The notes: generated by a model from the sequence alone, not told the origin. DNA of 64,000 bases from Octopus vulgaris (GCA_951406725.2 OX597818.1:82646001-82710000); one strand, 5' to 3'; counted from the stretch's first letter, positions 41,516 to 55,555 are shown. Numbers and translations are program-made.

Positions 41516-42064
41516 GTTTGCTGGACAGCCATCGTAACTTCATGGTGGTTTCCGGAAGAGTTCCGTCACTAACCATGTGGAACGACATGAATAGATTATA
41601 TGGACCTTGATGCCCTCTAACCATCTCTCACCTCTCACCTCTCACCTCTCATTCACACTGTCACTCTTTATATATACACACACACGCATATATACATACA
41701 TACATACATACATACATACATACATACATACATACATAGAAACATACAGACAGACATATATGCACACACATGCACATACATAAGTCTCTGTCACAAGTAT
41801 TATCTCTCTCTCTTTCTCACTCTCTCCAACTCTTCTTCCTTTTTTTTTCTCTTTCAGTTTATTTGTTCTGCCATTTCCCTTTTCTCTATCAAACATTATT
41901 TCACACACTCTTACGCGCTTTGCGTCCGTCTCTCTCTTCACCCCCTTTCATTCCCTGCTTCTCTCAGGTTTTCTGTGTGTGTGTGTCTTTTCTCCTCCTC
42001 TCTCTGTATCTTTCTATCTATCTATCATCCTCTTTCTCTTCCTCTCTCTCTCTTTCACTCTTTG

Positions 42065-42115
<51 letters not shown>

Positions 42116-42339
42116 GTATCTATCTATCTATCTATCTATCTATCTACCTACACACACACACACACATTTATCTGTCCATCTATTTATCAATCTACCTACC
42201 TACGTAGCTATCTATACATGTATGGATGAATATTTTTGTGAGTGTACGTATATATGAATGTATGTGTGTATACATCTCAGTCTATCTATCTACCTATCCA
42301 TCTATCCATCTATCTATCAATCTGTCTATCTATATGTTC

Positions 42340-42410
<71 letters not shown>

Positions 42411-42982
42411 AATACGAATATCTTTGACTCTCTCCGTTATCATTGGTCATTGTTACCTTCATCTCCTACGTCTATATCACTTCTTCACACACCTCCTTCA
42501 TTCTCTCCTCTTCTTCCCCCCATATCATTTCTCACTTTCTTTCTCCTCCTCCACTCTTTCTCCCCCCCCTCTCTCTCTCTTTTTCTTAAACTGCTCGGTA
42601 GCAACATTTCTGTCTCCATCTTTGACGCACACATTCTACGCTTCAAACACTTTTCCTTCATATTCTAACAGTTTCTCTCTCACTAATAAAAATAGAATTC
42701 ATGGAATGAGGAGGGGTGAGGATCGTGAGAATGGTGGTTATGATGGTGTGTAGTGCAGAAGGTCCTGGCGTTGAGAGTATTTCCATAACCGTGGTAACAG
42801 TCCGTTGCACTCGGGTTCCTCGATTTTTCAAGAATAGCGAGAATATCAGAAACCACTTTTGTGAGTAAATATATAGATACACGCGAGCACATACATATTA
42901 ACACATAGACTCACACATCCACAACAACACATACACACATACACGCACACATATACACATACATACATTATACATACATACG

Positions 42983-43056
<74 letters not shown>

Positions 43057-43153
43057 TACCTTCACTCATAGATATATTCATACATATGCAGAAATTTAAT
43101 ACAGAAAAACATACATACATGCTCCACCGGAAAAAGAACAACAAAAACATATC

Positions 43154-43194
<41 letters not shown>

Positions 43195-43395
43195 TTTCTT
43201 CGTATACATACATGCATATATATACATACATGTATATATATATATGCATATATACATATATAAATACATACATATTTATATATATATATATATATATATA
43301 AATATATGTTTGTATATATATATAAAAATATATGTATATATATATATACATATATATATATATACATACATACATATATATATATATATACATAC

Positions 43396-43434
<39 letters not shown>

Positions 43435-43468
43435 AATATATGTTTGTATATATATATAAAAATATATG

Positions 43469-43508
<40 letters not shown>

Positions 43509-43529
43509 CATACATATATATATATATAT

Positions 43530-43610
<81 letters not shown>

Positions 43611-44012
43611 AACACACACTTATACACGTCGTGAGGTAGGCCTCGAAACGGCGCGAATTCTCTCCTGATGACCCCATACACATGCTGGCTTCTGGTATGC
43701 AGCGTTCTCGACTGGTAGCATTTGCATGTGTAAGTTGCTTGCAAAACACCAGTTGTTGCCGAAAATAGCAGTCGATAGAGGTTTGATGCTAGGTAAAACT
43801 TCACTGAATGTATAACGGCAATGATGTGACCGGGTGCGAGCATAAAAAAATTTCTTGTTACCGCTAGGAAGACCGCCAGAAATTGGTATCTTGTGCCACT
43901 ATTTCCTATTTATAATTCTACATTAACAGTATTTTATTTCGCTGGAAATATTATCGTAGTGTAATAATATTTACACACACAGACACACATTCACACACAC
44001 ACACACACACTC

Positions 44013-44107
<95 letters not shown>

Positions 44108-44383
44108 CAAATACACACATTTATATGCTTGTTCATAGAGAAATTTATATATAAAAATAGAGAGACGAAGGTTACATCTGACTGTACACGCACGCACGCA
44201 CACACACATATTTATATACATACTCCTCCTCACACACACACATATATTCACGCGCTGCATATCAGTTTCGAATTGGTCCTGAATTGGTTTTTCCGTCATC
44301 GGTTTTGAATAGTAGAAGAATTCATGTCAGGGGTATTTAACTCTTCAATTGTTACTGTTGCAATGGTTGGTGATGATGATGAA

Positions 44384-44444
<61 letters not shown>

Positions 44445-45217
44445 CGATGATGATGATGTCGACGAGTCCATCACAGAATTTTCTCAGAAGCTCACAGCGA
44501 TAACATTTATAATAATATCTTCATAACAACGAACGAAAGCTTATAAAATGCATGATTGTGAGAGGAAATAATTGAAGGGCCTATGAGCAAGTTGAGAGAG
44601 AGAGAGAGAGACAGAAAGAAAGAAAGAGAGAGAGCGAGAGGGAGTAGAGAGACAGAGACAGAGAAGGATAGACAGATAAGGGAGTGAAAGAGAGGAGGAG
44701 GAAAAGGAGGTGAGAGAAGGTGTAGCGGAATGAGAATGCAAATCATTGGAAGCAAATGAAACGAAATCGAATAAGTGAGGCGAATGAATGGTTGGAGATT
44801 GTTGGAACCAATATCATTTGTTTTAGTGTGACAAAAGACCATAATATCTACAAGAAAATAATTATTTCTAACATTGGTACATAAAGGCAATAAATTTTCT
44901 AGAAAAGGAAGCAGAATCGATTTAATCGATTTCGGTGTGCATGATTAATATAAGCTTCCTCGACAACGTAAAGTGTGAAAAGAAAATTTGGCTCGAGTTG
45001 GATTTGAACTCAGAATGTGAAAGAGTATGTTGTTGACGTCATAAGAATTCCATGAATCTTCGAAAGAACGTGAAACGATTCTTTTGGAATACTGTATCTC
45101 GAAGTACACATGAAGTTATAAATCATAGTATGTAGATATTTGGGTTGAATAATCCTGTTTTTTTTTTAAGAAACAAATCAAAGGCTCATAACTCAATGTC
45201 ACATTTCTGCCTTCCCC

Positions 45218-45259
<42 letters not shown>

Positions 45260-46570
45260 TGTGTCTGTCTGTCTGTCTCTGTCTATCTGTCTGTTAGTCT
45301 ATCTCTGTCTCTTCCTCCCGCCCTCCTTCTCTTTCTCCATCTCTCTCTCTCTCTCTCTCTCTCATTGGTTTGATCTGAAAGAAGTGGTTGCACCATGCCT
45401 TACATAGACTCTTCTACATATGTAAGACCGCCAAAGTTTTGAGAAGCCACTAAGACAAACAAAGAAGGATTTTTTGTTGGCACACGTTCTAAAGGACGAG
45501 AGAGTCAATGGGCGTTATTAGGAATCTAAGCTTGGTACAAGATACTAAAATTATGGTTGCATGGTAAACTGACTGAATTTATCACTGTACCTAACTGACA
45601 TCCGTTTTTTTTTTCCAGTTGGGATGGGAAAAGAGGGGATTTGAAACCAGTAGGATTTGGGTCATAAACATAAATACAGGTAGAGTTCCTTAGGGGACAC
45701 TTAACAGCAGGGAGGTCATCATTTGTTCATATTATTTGGCAGGATTAGTAGTATGACTTGAAATTGAAGAATAAAGGAGAAAATAAGTAGAAGGTGCATA
45801 TTTATTTATTTATTTTTCCTTGACTATTACTAAATTATTAAGATTCCAGTCTTGTATTATCCTGTATAGCACTATTTTATTCTTTTTAGCAGTCAGTATT
45901 TTGACCGAAATCTCAATCCACTCTGTCATATTCCGTCCCCTTACGGAGCAAGGCTTTTCTTTTGCCTCTCGTATATAATACAAGATTAAGGTATTGCATG
46001 CGAATGAAATAACAGGAACTGTTACAAAATACAAAAATGATTATTTCACGATCCTTTTGAATTCCCTCCCTATTTTAGAAATAGATGCCACAACTCGTTC
46101 AGTTCACAACCTGATTTCAGAACATGCATGGTCATGCTTGTGGTTTAGTCTAAGGTACTAAGATAGACCTATGTCTAAAAAGGAAGTGTTAGCTGCTAGA
46201 ATGCCATTGATTATAGACTTGCCTCATATGAGTAAGTGTGTGGCTTCTCCTGAGGGAATATCTCATGATTCAAGCGCTCTATCTACTGGGCCATACATCT
46301 AGTGGATCGCGCGTTCGAATCACGAACTTAAGGTCGTGAACTCGATTCCTGGATCGGACGGCTAATGGTGTCCTTGAGCAAGGCTCTTCGTTACGGGCTA
46401 TCTTAGTCTAACCAGCAATAATGAGTAGTAGACAGGGAGTTGGTGCATCTCTCTCTCTCACTCCCTCTCTCTCTCTCTCTCACTTTTCTTCTCCGGCTCT
46501 TACATTCTGGATGTTCCGCAGAGTCAGATGTGAGAGGAAGTGAAGGGCGTCTATGAGGCTTCAAGTATAT

Positions 46571-47630
46571 AAACACCGGGACGATTAGCAAAAACTTGGT
46601 ACAGGTTGCCACGCTTTACGGTCCTATGCACTGAAACAATTAACGAAAACTCGGTACAGATTATCATGCTTCCAGGTTCATAAACGCCGAAACAATTCTT
46701 TTCTACTCTAGGCACAAGGCCCGAAATTTTGGGGGAGGGGATCAGTCGATTTGATCGACTCCAGTATGCAACTTATTTTATCGACCCCGAAAGGATGAAA
46801 GGAAAAATCGACCTCGGTGGAATTTGAACTCAGAACATAAAGACAGGCGAAGCATTTCACCCGGCATGCTAACGTTACTTATTTCTTTGTTGTCCACAAG
46901 GGGTTAAACAAGGACAGACAAACGGATTAAGTCGATTACATTGATCCCAGTGCGTAACTGGTACTTAATTTATCGACCCCGAAAGGATGAAAGGCAAAGT
47001 CTACCTTGGCGGAATTTGAACTCAGAACTTAGTGGCAGAGGAAATACCTATTCTTTACTACCCACAAGGGGCTAAACACAGAGAGGACAGACAAACGGAT
47101 TAAGTCGATTATATCGACCCCGGTGCGTAACTGGTACTTAATTTATCGACCCCGAAAGGATGAAAGGCAAAGTCGACCTCGGCGGAATTTGAACTCAGAA
47201 CTTAGCGACAGACGAAATATCGCCCGCCGTGCTACCGTTCCTGCCAGCTCGCCGCCTTAAAAACCGAAACAATCAGCAAAAGTTAGTACAGATTACCGCA
47301 CTTTAGGTGCATTTGCACCGAAACTATTCTCGATAACTTAGTACGGATTACGATGCTTGGGGTACATAAACACCAAAATAATTAGTAAAACCTTGGTACG
47401 GATTACTACGTTTTCGGTACATAAGCACCGAAACAATTAGCGAAATTTTGGTACGGATTATCACGATTTACATACGTAAGCACCGAAACAATTAGCGCAA
47501 ACTTGGCACGCACAACCATGCTTTAGGTACATAAGCACTGAAAAAATTAGCAAAAACTTGGTACGAATTACCACGCTTTTGATACAGAAAAACCGAAATT
47601 ATTAACCGAAACGCGGTACGGATTACTAAG
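46571..47630. repeat. 55-bp minisatellite (~9 diverged units) interrupted by the SINE B trimer
   Basis: Unit ~CACCGAAACAATTAGCAAAAACTTGGTACGGATTACCACGCTTTAGGTACATAAG. Unit starts at 47426, 47481 and 47536. Confidence 0.85.
46697..47258 (-). mobile_element. Tandem trimer of SINE family B
   Basis: ATCGACCCCGAAAGGATGAAAGG...GAATTTGAACTCAGAAC occurs three times in tandem. Confidence 0.85.
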
Positions 47631-48357
47631 CGATCTTCACTTGCATCTGACAGTCAGTTGTAGTATAATACTATTTCAGGGCTAACTTGGCTGATTATTG
47701 CAACTGTTTGAACCATTTTGGATCAGATCTTTTTCCGCAGCTGGCATTACTATGCTGCTCATCCAGGGTTAATCGATGGCTAAAGAACAACGCAATTATT
47801 TGAACAATTATTTTGGATCAAATCTCTTTCAGAAGCATGTTGCATTTCAATGTTATATTATCAATGTTAATTTCATCAATTCCATTATTTTATATCAGAA
47901 AATCCTTAATATCCTAAATGTATTTTTTTTTTATTTCTGGCTATTGTTTTGCAAATGAAATAATGAGAAACATTTAACTCGTAATCACCCAGTCAATTTG
48001 ACTATAAAATAAGAACTCTAGGGAGACATTGTTCTTTAGTATATGCAGCATAAAACGGATGATGAGATTTGCATTAGCTTGAAACCTTCCCTTGGGCAAA
48101 ACTCAATACAGCAACAACCAACGGCACAGAAATCCGTGGAAATATGCTTTTGAAATATACTTTAAGGCTCTTAAAACAGGAGCATGGTTCAGTGCTTCTT
48201 TTTTTTTATTACTATGGAAATCTTTCATGTTTTCCTATATACGCATGTGTTTATATACACGACTATGCATATATATATATATATATATAGACACACAGAG
48301 AAATACACACACACATATCTAGATATGTATGTATGTATCTATACAAACATGCATATA

Positions 48358-48413
<56 letters not shown>

Positions 48414-48859
48414 TATATATGTACGAAAGGCGAGTCTGTATGTGTGCAAGTGTGTGTGTGAATGCATGCTATACTCACACCATAATTATGTTCAACCATT
48501 AGCCACACCTACAAGGATATCGAAACCTGCTGGTTATAATTTATATTACCACATAATAATCCATGCATAATACAAAGCACTCTCTCTTCCGCACTACCTC
48601 TCTCATATACACATATGTATATGCATGCATGCATACATACATACATACATACATACATACATACATACATACATACATACAAACATACATACATACATAC
48701 AAACATACATACATTGACTGATAAATAGTAAGATCGATTTATTCATTAGTGATATAAGTGATAGTCATAACATCTTAAATAGATATCTTATGTGATGAAG
48801 GTATGTGCTACCAAATATTAGTTATGACTCAAAGCGATACGAACAAGATAAATAAACGT

Positions 48860-48923
<64 letters not shown>

Positions 48924-48924
48924 C

Positions 48925-49487
48925 AATGCCCTGATGCAGTTCCAGGCTGTGGCTTACATGGCTTCTCATCTTAACTGATTCGAAGTGTTATCATGTACAT
49001 TGTTTTGTCTTGGTATGTCTAGTTTTGTCTTGGTATAAAAGATGGGCTACAGCAAATATTCTGATCTATACCACAGACTTGCTTGACCTTAATCAGATGA
49101 GCATGTCCCTTAGTGGTTGACGATATATACATCTCTGATCACGAGTAGAAGTAGTAGGGGAGCATCGTAGCCATGTGTTGAAAGGAATTCTTTTGGAATT
49201 GGATAATTCATCTTTGGAAACATGGGTGTTTCGTTTAACATCCTGAAACAACCCTCATTCAGGGTCCTTTTGAGTGGGATGGGTTACTAGGCCTGAGGAA
49301 AATTCTAAATGAGCCTCACCTACAAGGTCATGAGTTGTTAATCTTGATGAGATCACCATGTCGCGCTCATATGGTTGTGATGCATATGCCTGGTGTACCC
49401 TTATCAGACTGGTAGTCATGATGGGTATACTGGGCTTCGTATATTTTACCCCAGTGTTATTTGATGAAATGCACTGCTCTCTCACCC
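48925..49487. mobile_element. Non-coding segment embedded in (AAT)n, probable retroelement 3' UTR or non-autonomous element
   Basis: ~560 bp of complex sequence bounded sharply by (AAT)n on both sides. No credible ORF. Confidence 0.45.
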
Positions 49488-49714
<227 letters not shown>

Positions 49715-51635
49715 TCCTTCCTACTATAGGCACAAGGTATTAAATTCTTGTGGGGGGAACTAGTCGGTTACTTGGACCCCAGGGTTTCACTGGTACTTAA
49801 TTTATTATCCTCGAAATGCTGAAAGGCAATGTCGACCTCGGTGAAACTTGAACTTAGAGCGGAAAGACGGACGAAATGCTGCAAAGTATTTTGCCCGGTG
49901 TGCTAACGATTCTGCCAACTTATAATTCATTCCAATTTTAGCAGGAAGTGCGTACTTTTGAGTGGAGAGGCCAGTCGATTACATCAAATCCTGTAATTGA
50001 CTAGTACTTTATTTTATTAACTCCGAAAGGATGAAAGGCGAAGTGAGGCTTGATGGCATCTGAACTCAGAACACAAAGAACTAAAAAATATCGCTTAGCA
50101 TCTTGCCTGACGCGTTAACGATTCTCCCAGCTTATGAGGATTGCTTTTCAAGTGTATGTTTCCGTATTCGATCCTTCTGCATAACTCCATGGGTTTGTGT
50201 TGTCGCTTACTATAGGCTTTGTATGGCCTAAAATATTATGAATGTATCTTCGTTGGTGGAAGCTGAATACCTTTCTTAGTCGATAATCTTAGTACTTATC
50301 CATCGTTTAGTCCGCCGTATTGATTGGTTTTAATGGAGTCCACTTGTTTGTCAAAATTCCCGTCATGCCTTCAGTGTGAAACTAATGTCCACTCTTCGAA
50401 TCTTTCTCCCACAATCTCGGAACCCTTCAAAATGTTTTGGGCTAGGTCATTTTGTTTTTCATCGCAAATTAGAAAATATTAAAATATTTATTGATCCTTT
50501 TTGGATTAGAACTCAAAGCGGAAAGCGATTAAACATATACTGCTTTATATCTAATCCAGATGTGGATGAATTAGTGAATAAATCTCGAATGGGCAGATAG
50601 TAGTGATGCTTTCCATTAATCAAAACTAATAAAGAGGAAACAATTTCATTAACTGTTAATTAACTGTTAACAATTATTAAACAATAAGTCAATTAATAAA
50701 CGATTACTCAATAATTAGTAAATCTGGGGCCCATTAAAAAATTGTCCCAGCTACTTTCTGTAATTTTAAAATCTATTTCTATTTGTTCCTCTTCTTTAGC
50801 ATTGAAAAACATTATTCTATTTATTCCTCTTCAGAAGCATTTCTGTTTGTTCCTCTTCTTTTGCATTCAGAAGCATCATTCTCATTCTATTTCGTTTACT
50901 GGCTCTTTTAATGATTTACTTCAACCGAGGCACAAAGCAAATGTTTGAAGAAGGAAGCGTATATTACTGCCCCAGTCATTTTCAGGATCTTTAAAATCAA
51001 CCCCAGTAAATGTCTATCAAGTCTAATGTCTATAGACTGTTTTGTTTTTATGTTTGTGCTTCATGAAGACAATCCCACTACACCTCAATTATATCTAGGT
51101 TCTGTGAAATAATTCCTTGTGTATGTATTTGTTTTATCTAAACTGGAAGGGTGAAATGCAAAGATGATTTGGTATTTCAATAAAGAAAATTATGATTTAT
51201 GCCTGTAATACATGTTTTTATTTTCCCAAATCATCGGACAAAATATGCACTTTTTCGTTATTTTCTCAAATCATTCAAATAACATAAGGTTAGAGGATAT
51301 GGGATTCATGTGTGGAATTTAGATAAAACGAAAGAATATTTTCAGAATATTTCAGACATAGGTTACGTAAGGAACATGATCACGATCATGAAAAAGTTTG
51401 CAGCTACAAACCCTATCTTCTTGGACTTAGCCTTAAATCCGTCACATTATTAGACAGTAGGTGTTCTTTAAGAAAGAATTTGGCTTCTGCTTCTAGCAGT
51501 TTGAATGACCTCTAAGAAGCCCTCTTTTTTTACTGTGGTGTACCGTTGGTATACGGAGACCAGCTCTATCTTTTGTACATGGGAGCAATTCTACATATTT
51601 AGTAAAGATAATCCGTTCCCCGGTTTTATATTAGT

Positions 51636-51841
51636 TTCAAATTTTGGCACAGGTCCAACAATTTTAGAGGAAGGGTAAGCAGATTACATCGAACCCATTC
51701 AACTGGTACTATTTTGTCAACCCTCGAAGGGGATGAAAGGCAAATTCAATCTCGGTGGAATTTAAACTCAGAATGTGAAAGCGGAGGAAATGCCACTAAG
51801 CATTTTGCCCATCATGCTAACGATTCTGCCAGCTCGCCGCT
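51636..51841 (-). mobile_element. SINE family B copy
   Basis: Reverse complement of 51869-52081, head-to-head with it. Confidence 0.85.
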
Positions 51842-51868
51842 TTAGTTTTGATATTGATATTAATGCAA

Positions 51869-52081
51869 AGAAAGGCAGCGAGCTGGCAGAAACGTTAGCA
51901 CGCTGGGCAAAATGCTTAGCGGCATTTCGTGTCCTTGCGTTCTGAGTTCAAATTCCACCGAGGTCGACTTTGCCTTTCATCCTTTCGGGGTCGATGAAAT
52001 AAGTACCAGTTATGCGCTGGAGTTGATATAATCTACATTCCACTCCCCCAAAATTTCTGGCCTTGTGCCTGCTGTAGAAAG
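51869..52081 (+). mobile_element. tRNA-derived SINE family B with 13-bp TSD
   Basis: GGCAGCGAGCTGGCAGAA...GAGTTCAAATTCC...GTCGACTTTGCCTTTCATCCTTTCGGGGTCGAT. TSD GATATTAATGCAA (51856-51868, 52082-52094). Other copies at ~6712-6853(-), 10960-11125, 36310-36500(-), 44870-45020(-), 49715-50130(-, two), 63425-63625, 63830-63950(-). Confidence 0.85.
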
Positions 52082-52565
52082 GATATTAATGCAAGGATAC
52101 TGATGCGTACGGTGGAGTGGATTCCTATCTTATTGCGAACATTCTAACTGTGTCTGGTCTGTCTATACATTAATAAATTGTTGTTATACTTGTCTCTGAA
52201 TCTCCCCTCTTTGAGTCTATTTATTAGAATGTACAAACGAATGTGGCTCTGCAGCAAAGGGACTTAGTGGTACACAGAGAAATCAGCTCTGTGAGACCAG
52301 CGAGGTGAAGCTTCCTTATTTAGTACCAAAATATGTTTCAGTTGAGCAAGTTAAATGGATCAAAATAACGATTTAATAGCATCACACAATCCTTAGTTTC
52401 TAGAATGCTTGCTATTTGTTAAATTCACTACCGCTTTCCTCTCCAACACGCCATTAACTTGGGATTTTGCGGTTTAAATAAACAATATATCAGACTTCAG
52501 CGTTAAAAATATATCGGTGTACTCTGTCATCATTCTCGATTGCAGTATCACAAGTTGAATGGTTC

Positions 52566-52751
52566 TATATTTAAGAGATGAGGAGTTATATATATTATTT
52601 ACATTATTTTACATTTATCATTATTTACATTTATCATCTTGTTTGTTAGCACAACATTACGGCTGATATACCCTCCAGCCTTCATTAAGTATCTTGGGGA
52701 AGTTTCGAACCTGGGTTCTCATCCCTAAGGTATTTTTCGATGTTGTTGTTG

Positions 52752-52783
<32 letters not shown>

Positions 52784-53589
52784 ATTATTATTATTATTTT
52801 GGAATCCCGCGTAAGTGGTCCGCTCTCTTAACCACTATGCCATATGCCCGTGGACAATCATGGAGTGAATTTTAGGGCCTATAAATCTATTATTTTCCTA
52901 TCCTTCCTTAATACCGGTTCCCATATACTATTCATATCTGCATTCGGTCTGCTTAGGATGTTGTTGTGTCCTAGAATATGTTCTGTTTGTTTTAATTTTC
53001 GTATTTTTCAGTGGTGTTCTCTGTCTATTATTTTAACTTCATTCATCGGGGGAAGGGTCACCATTTTGTTTTTCTCCCTGTGGAATGAAGTTAAAATTAT
53101 AGACAAAGAACACCACTGGAAAATACGAAAACTAAAAGAAAAAGCACATATGCTAGGACACAACAACCACCTAAGCAGACCGAGTGCAGATATGAATAGC
53201 ATATGGGAACCGGTATTACAGAAGGATAGGAAAATGTCAGATTTATAAGCCCTAAATTTCATTCCATAATTGCCCACGGGCATATGGCATAGTGGTTAAG
53301 AGCGCGGGCTACTAACCGGGCTACTAACCAAGATTTCGAGTTTGATTCCAGGCAGTGACCTTAATAATAATAATAATAATAATAGTAATAATAATAATAA
53401 CAACAACAATGATAATAATAACAATAAGAATAAGAACACCAATGGAAAATACGAATAAGAACCTAGGAATAAGAAATAGGAATAAAAACCTAGGTTCGAA
53501 ATTTCTCTAAGGCTGGAGGGATATATCACCCGAAACATTGTGTTAACAACAAATAAGATGAGGACAAATATCCGTCAAATGTTAATAAT
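52566..53589. mobile_element. Fold-back insertion of two PLE (Poseidon/Penelope-like) 3' ends with a 12-bp direct repeat
   Basis: The arms are reverse complements around ~53072. Each encodes a GIY-YIG C-terminus (NEVKIIDxEHHxKIRKLK...LSRPxADMNSIWEP). GTTGAATGGTTC at 52554-52565 and 53590-53601. Confidence 0.8.
53278..53362 (+). promoter_or_regulatory. tRNA-like Pol III A/B-box module inside the PLE 3' region
   Basis: TGGCATAGTGGTTA (A box), anticodon-like arm GCGGG-CTACTAA-CC (12 bp locally duplicated), GAGTTTGATTCC (B-box-like). A partial mirror copy lies at ~52801-52849 on the minus strand. Confidence 0.55.
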
Positions 53590-53813
53590 GTTGAATGGTT
53601 CAACTAAGATTTCCTTAATTCAACTAAGATTTTCCCTAAACTCGATAAAACAATGAACAGCGAGTCGAATATGGAGTGGGGTGGGTCAGCAACAATGCGA
53701 TATTATAACCTGCTAAAATGGCAGCCAAATATCTGTAGCAAACATCACCACCACCACCACCAACATCTTCAGAACACAGGACTTCGGATAAATATATATA
53801 GTCAGAGGTACTG

Positions 53814-53866
<53 letters not shown>

Positions 53867-54039
53867 ATCAATGGTACTGACTTTGGATATATATATATAT
53901 ATATATATACATAGTCAGTAGTACACAACGCTTAAAAATGTTCAAGAAAAAATACAGAACGGTGAGGCGTTAAGACCGGTGTGACTTTTCTCAAAGGTCA
54001 TCATGATCAGAGCTGACCTGGGATTTAAAAACTTAAACA

Positions 54040-54137
<98 letters not shown>

Positions 54138-54569
54138 GAATACAAATACGAACACATAGCAGTAATATACGCTTCGTTCTTCAAATATTTGCTTTGTGCC
54201 TCAGTTGAAGTAAGTCATTAAAAGAGCCAGCAAACTGAATGGAATGGGAATAATGCTTCTGAACGCAAAAGAAGAGGAACAAATAAAAACTATATTCCCC
54301 AAGAAACATAGAATGGAACGACCGAATGCAAATATACACCGGATCTATTTAGCAAGATAAAATGCATAATAGAAGTCTTACACAATTGGCGACATTTGTC
54401 AAGTTATCCATCTTTACTTTGGGCATCAATCTTGCAAGGAAATAAGACATATAATTGCAAATTATACAACCACATGATTATTCTATTCAACAGAAGAGCG
54501 TGGAGAAAATCTACGAAGGAAAATATAAGGTTATATGTGCGTGTGTCTGTGTATCTGGTTGTGTGTACG

Positions 54570-54646
<77 letters not shown>

Positions 54647-54665
54647 ATGTATATATATGCATATG

Positions 54666-54710
<45 letters not shown>

Positions 54711-54954
54711 TATATATATACGAATACCCAAATACATGTATATATGCATATGCATATGTATATATATAGAGAGAGATATACATATATATATGTATGGATA
54801 TATACGTATATAAATGTCTAGGTGTGCATGCGCATAGGTATATAAGAATGTAGATACATACACGCATATATATATATATATATATACATGAGTGTGTATG
54901 CATATATATGTATATATATGTATATATATATATATATATATATACATATATATG

Positions 54955-55013
<59 letters not shown>

Positions 55014-55149
55014 ATATATATACATACATGCATACATACAAGTATATGGACACATACATAGATATATATATATAAATATATATACTTAACTGTGTGTGTA
55101 TCTATGTATACAGGTATGTACTTATTTGTATGTATGTTAAACAAACATC

Positions 55150-55555
55150 CTGATAAGTGTTCCAAAATTCACAAGCACACGAAAATCTCGCTCACCAGAA
55201 AACAGACATAAAAATGTCTAAAACAAGATCAGATACTAAAAGAACAACACTTAGACACTTAGAAGAGGAAAAACATACACGTACACTCACATACTTAACC
55301 ACATATGCACAACATACACATGTGCATACACGTAGAAACACAAATAGAAGGCTGAAGTGAAAAGCCAGCGCTTCAAGCCAAGAGATGAAAAGATAACCTA
55401 CAGGACGCAACGAACAAGGAAAAGGTAATGAAACTACTATACGGTCAGTTAGCTGGAAGATGAAATAAATCTGATTGTTGACTGAAAAATTTAAGCCTAA
55501 AAGTAGAAACGGAAGGCCTTATAATTGCAGCTCAGCATCAAAGCTTTCCATCAAT
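55150..55555 (+). mobile_element. Decayed R4/Dong-like LINE fragment
   Basis: LKVETEGLIIAAQHQS (~55494-55545) matches the ETEGxIxAAQDQ motif that precedes the CCHC knuckle. Confidence 0.65.

Noticed and set aside
40655-41572. 305-aa Leu/Ser-rich ORF
   Set aside because: A (CT)-rich and (CTA)n tract that lacks stops because of its composition.
46571-47630. CRISPR-like periodicity
   Set aside because: Whole 55-bp units are homologous, so there are no unique spacers. No cas genes; eukaryotic context.
53278-53362. Functional tRNA gene
   Set aside because: Duplicated anticodon arm, poor acceptor stem, embedded in a retroelement. The SINE heads are likewise only tRNA-derived.
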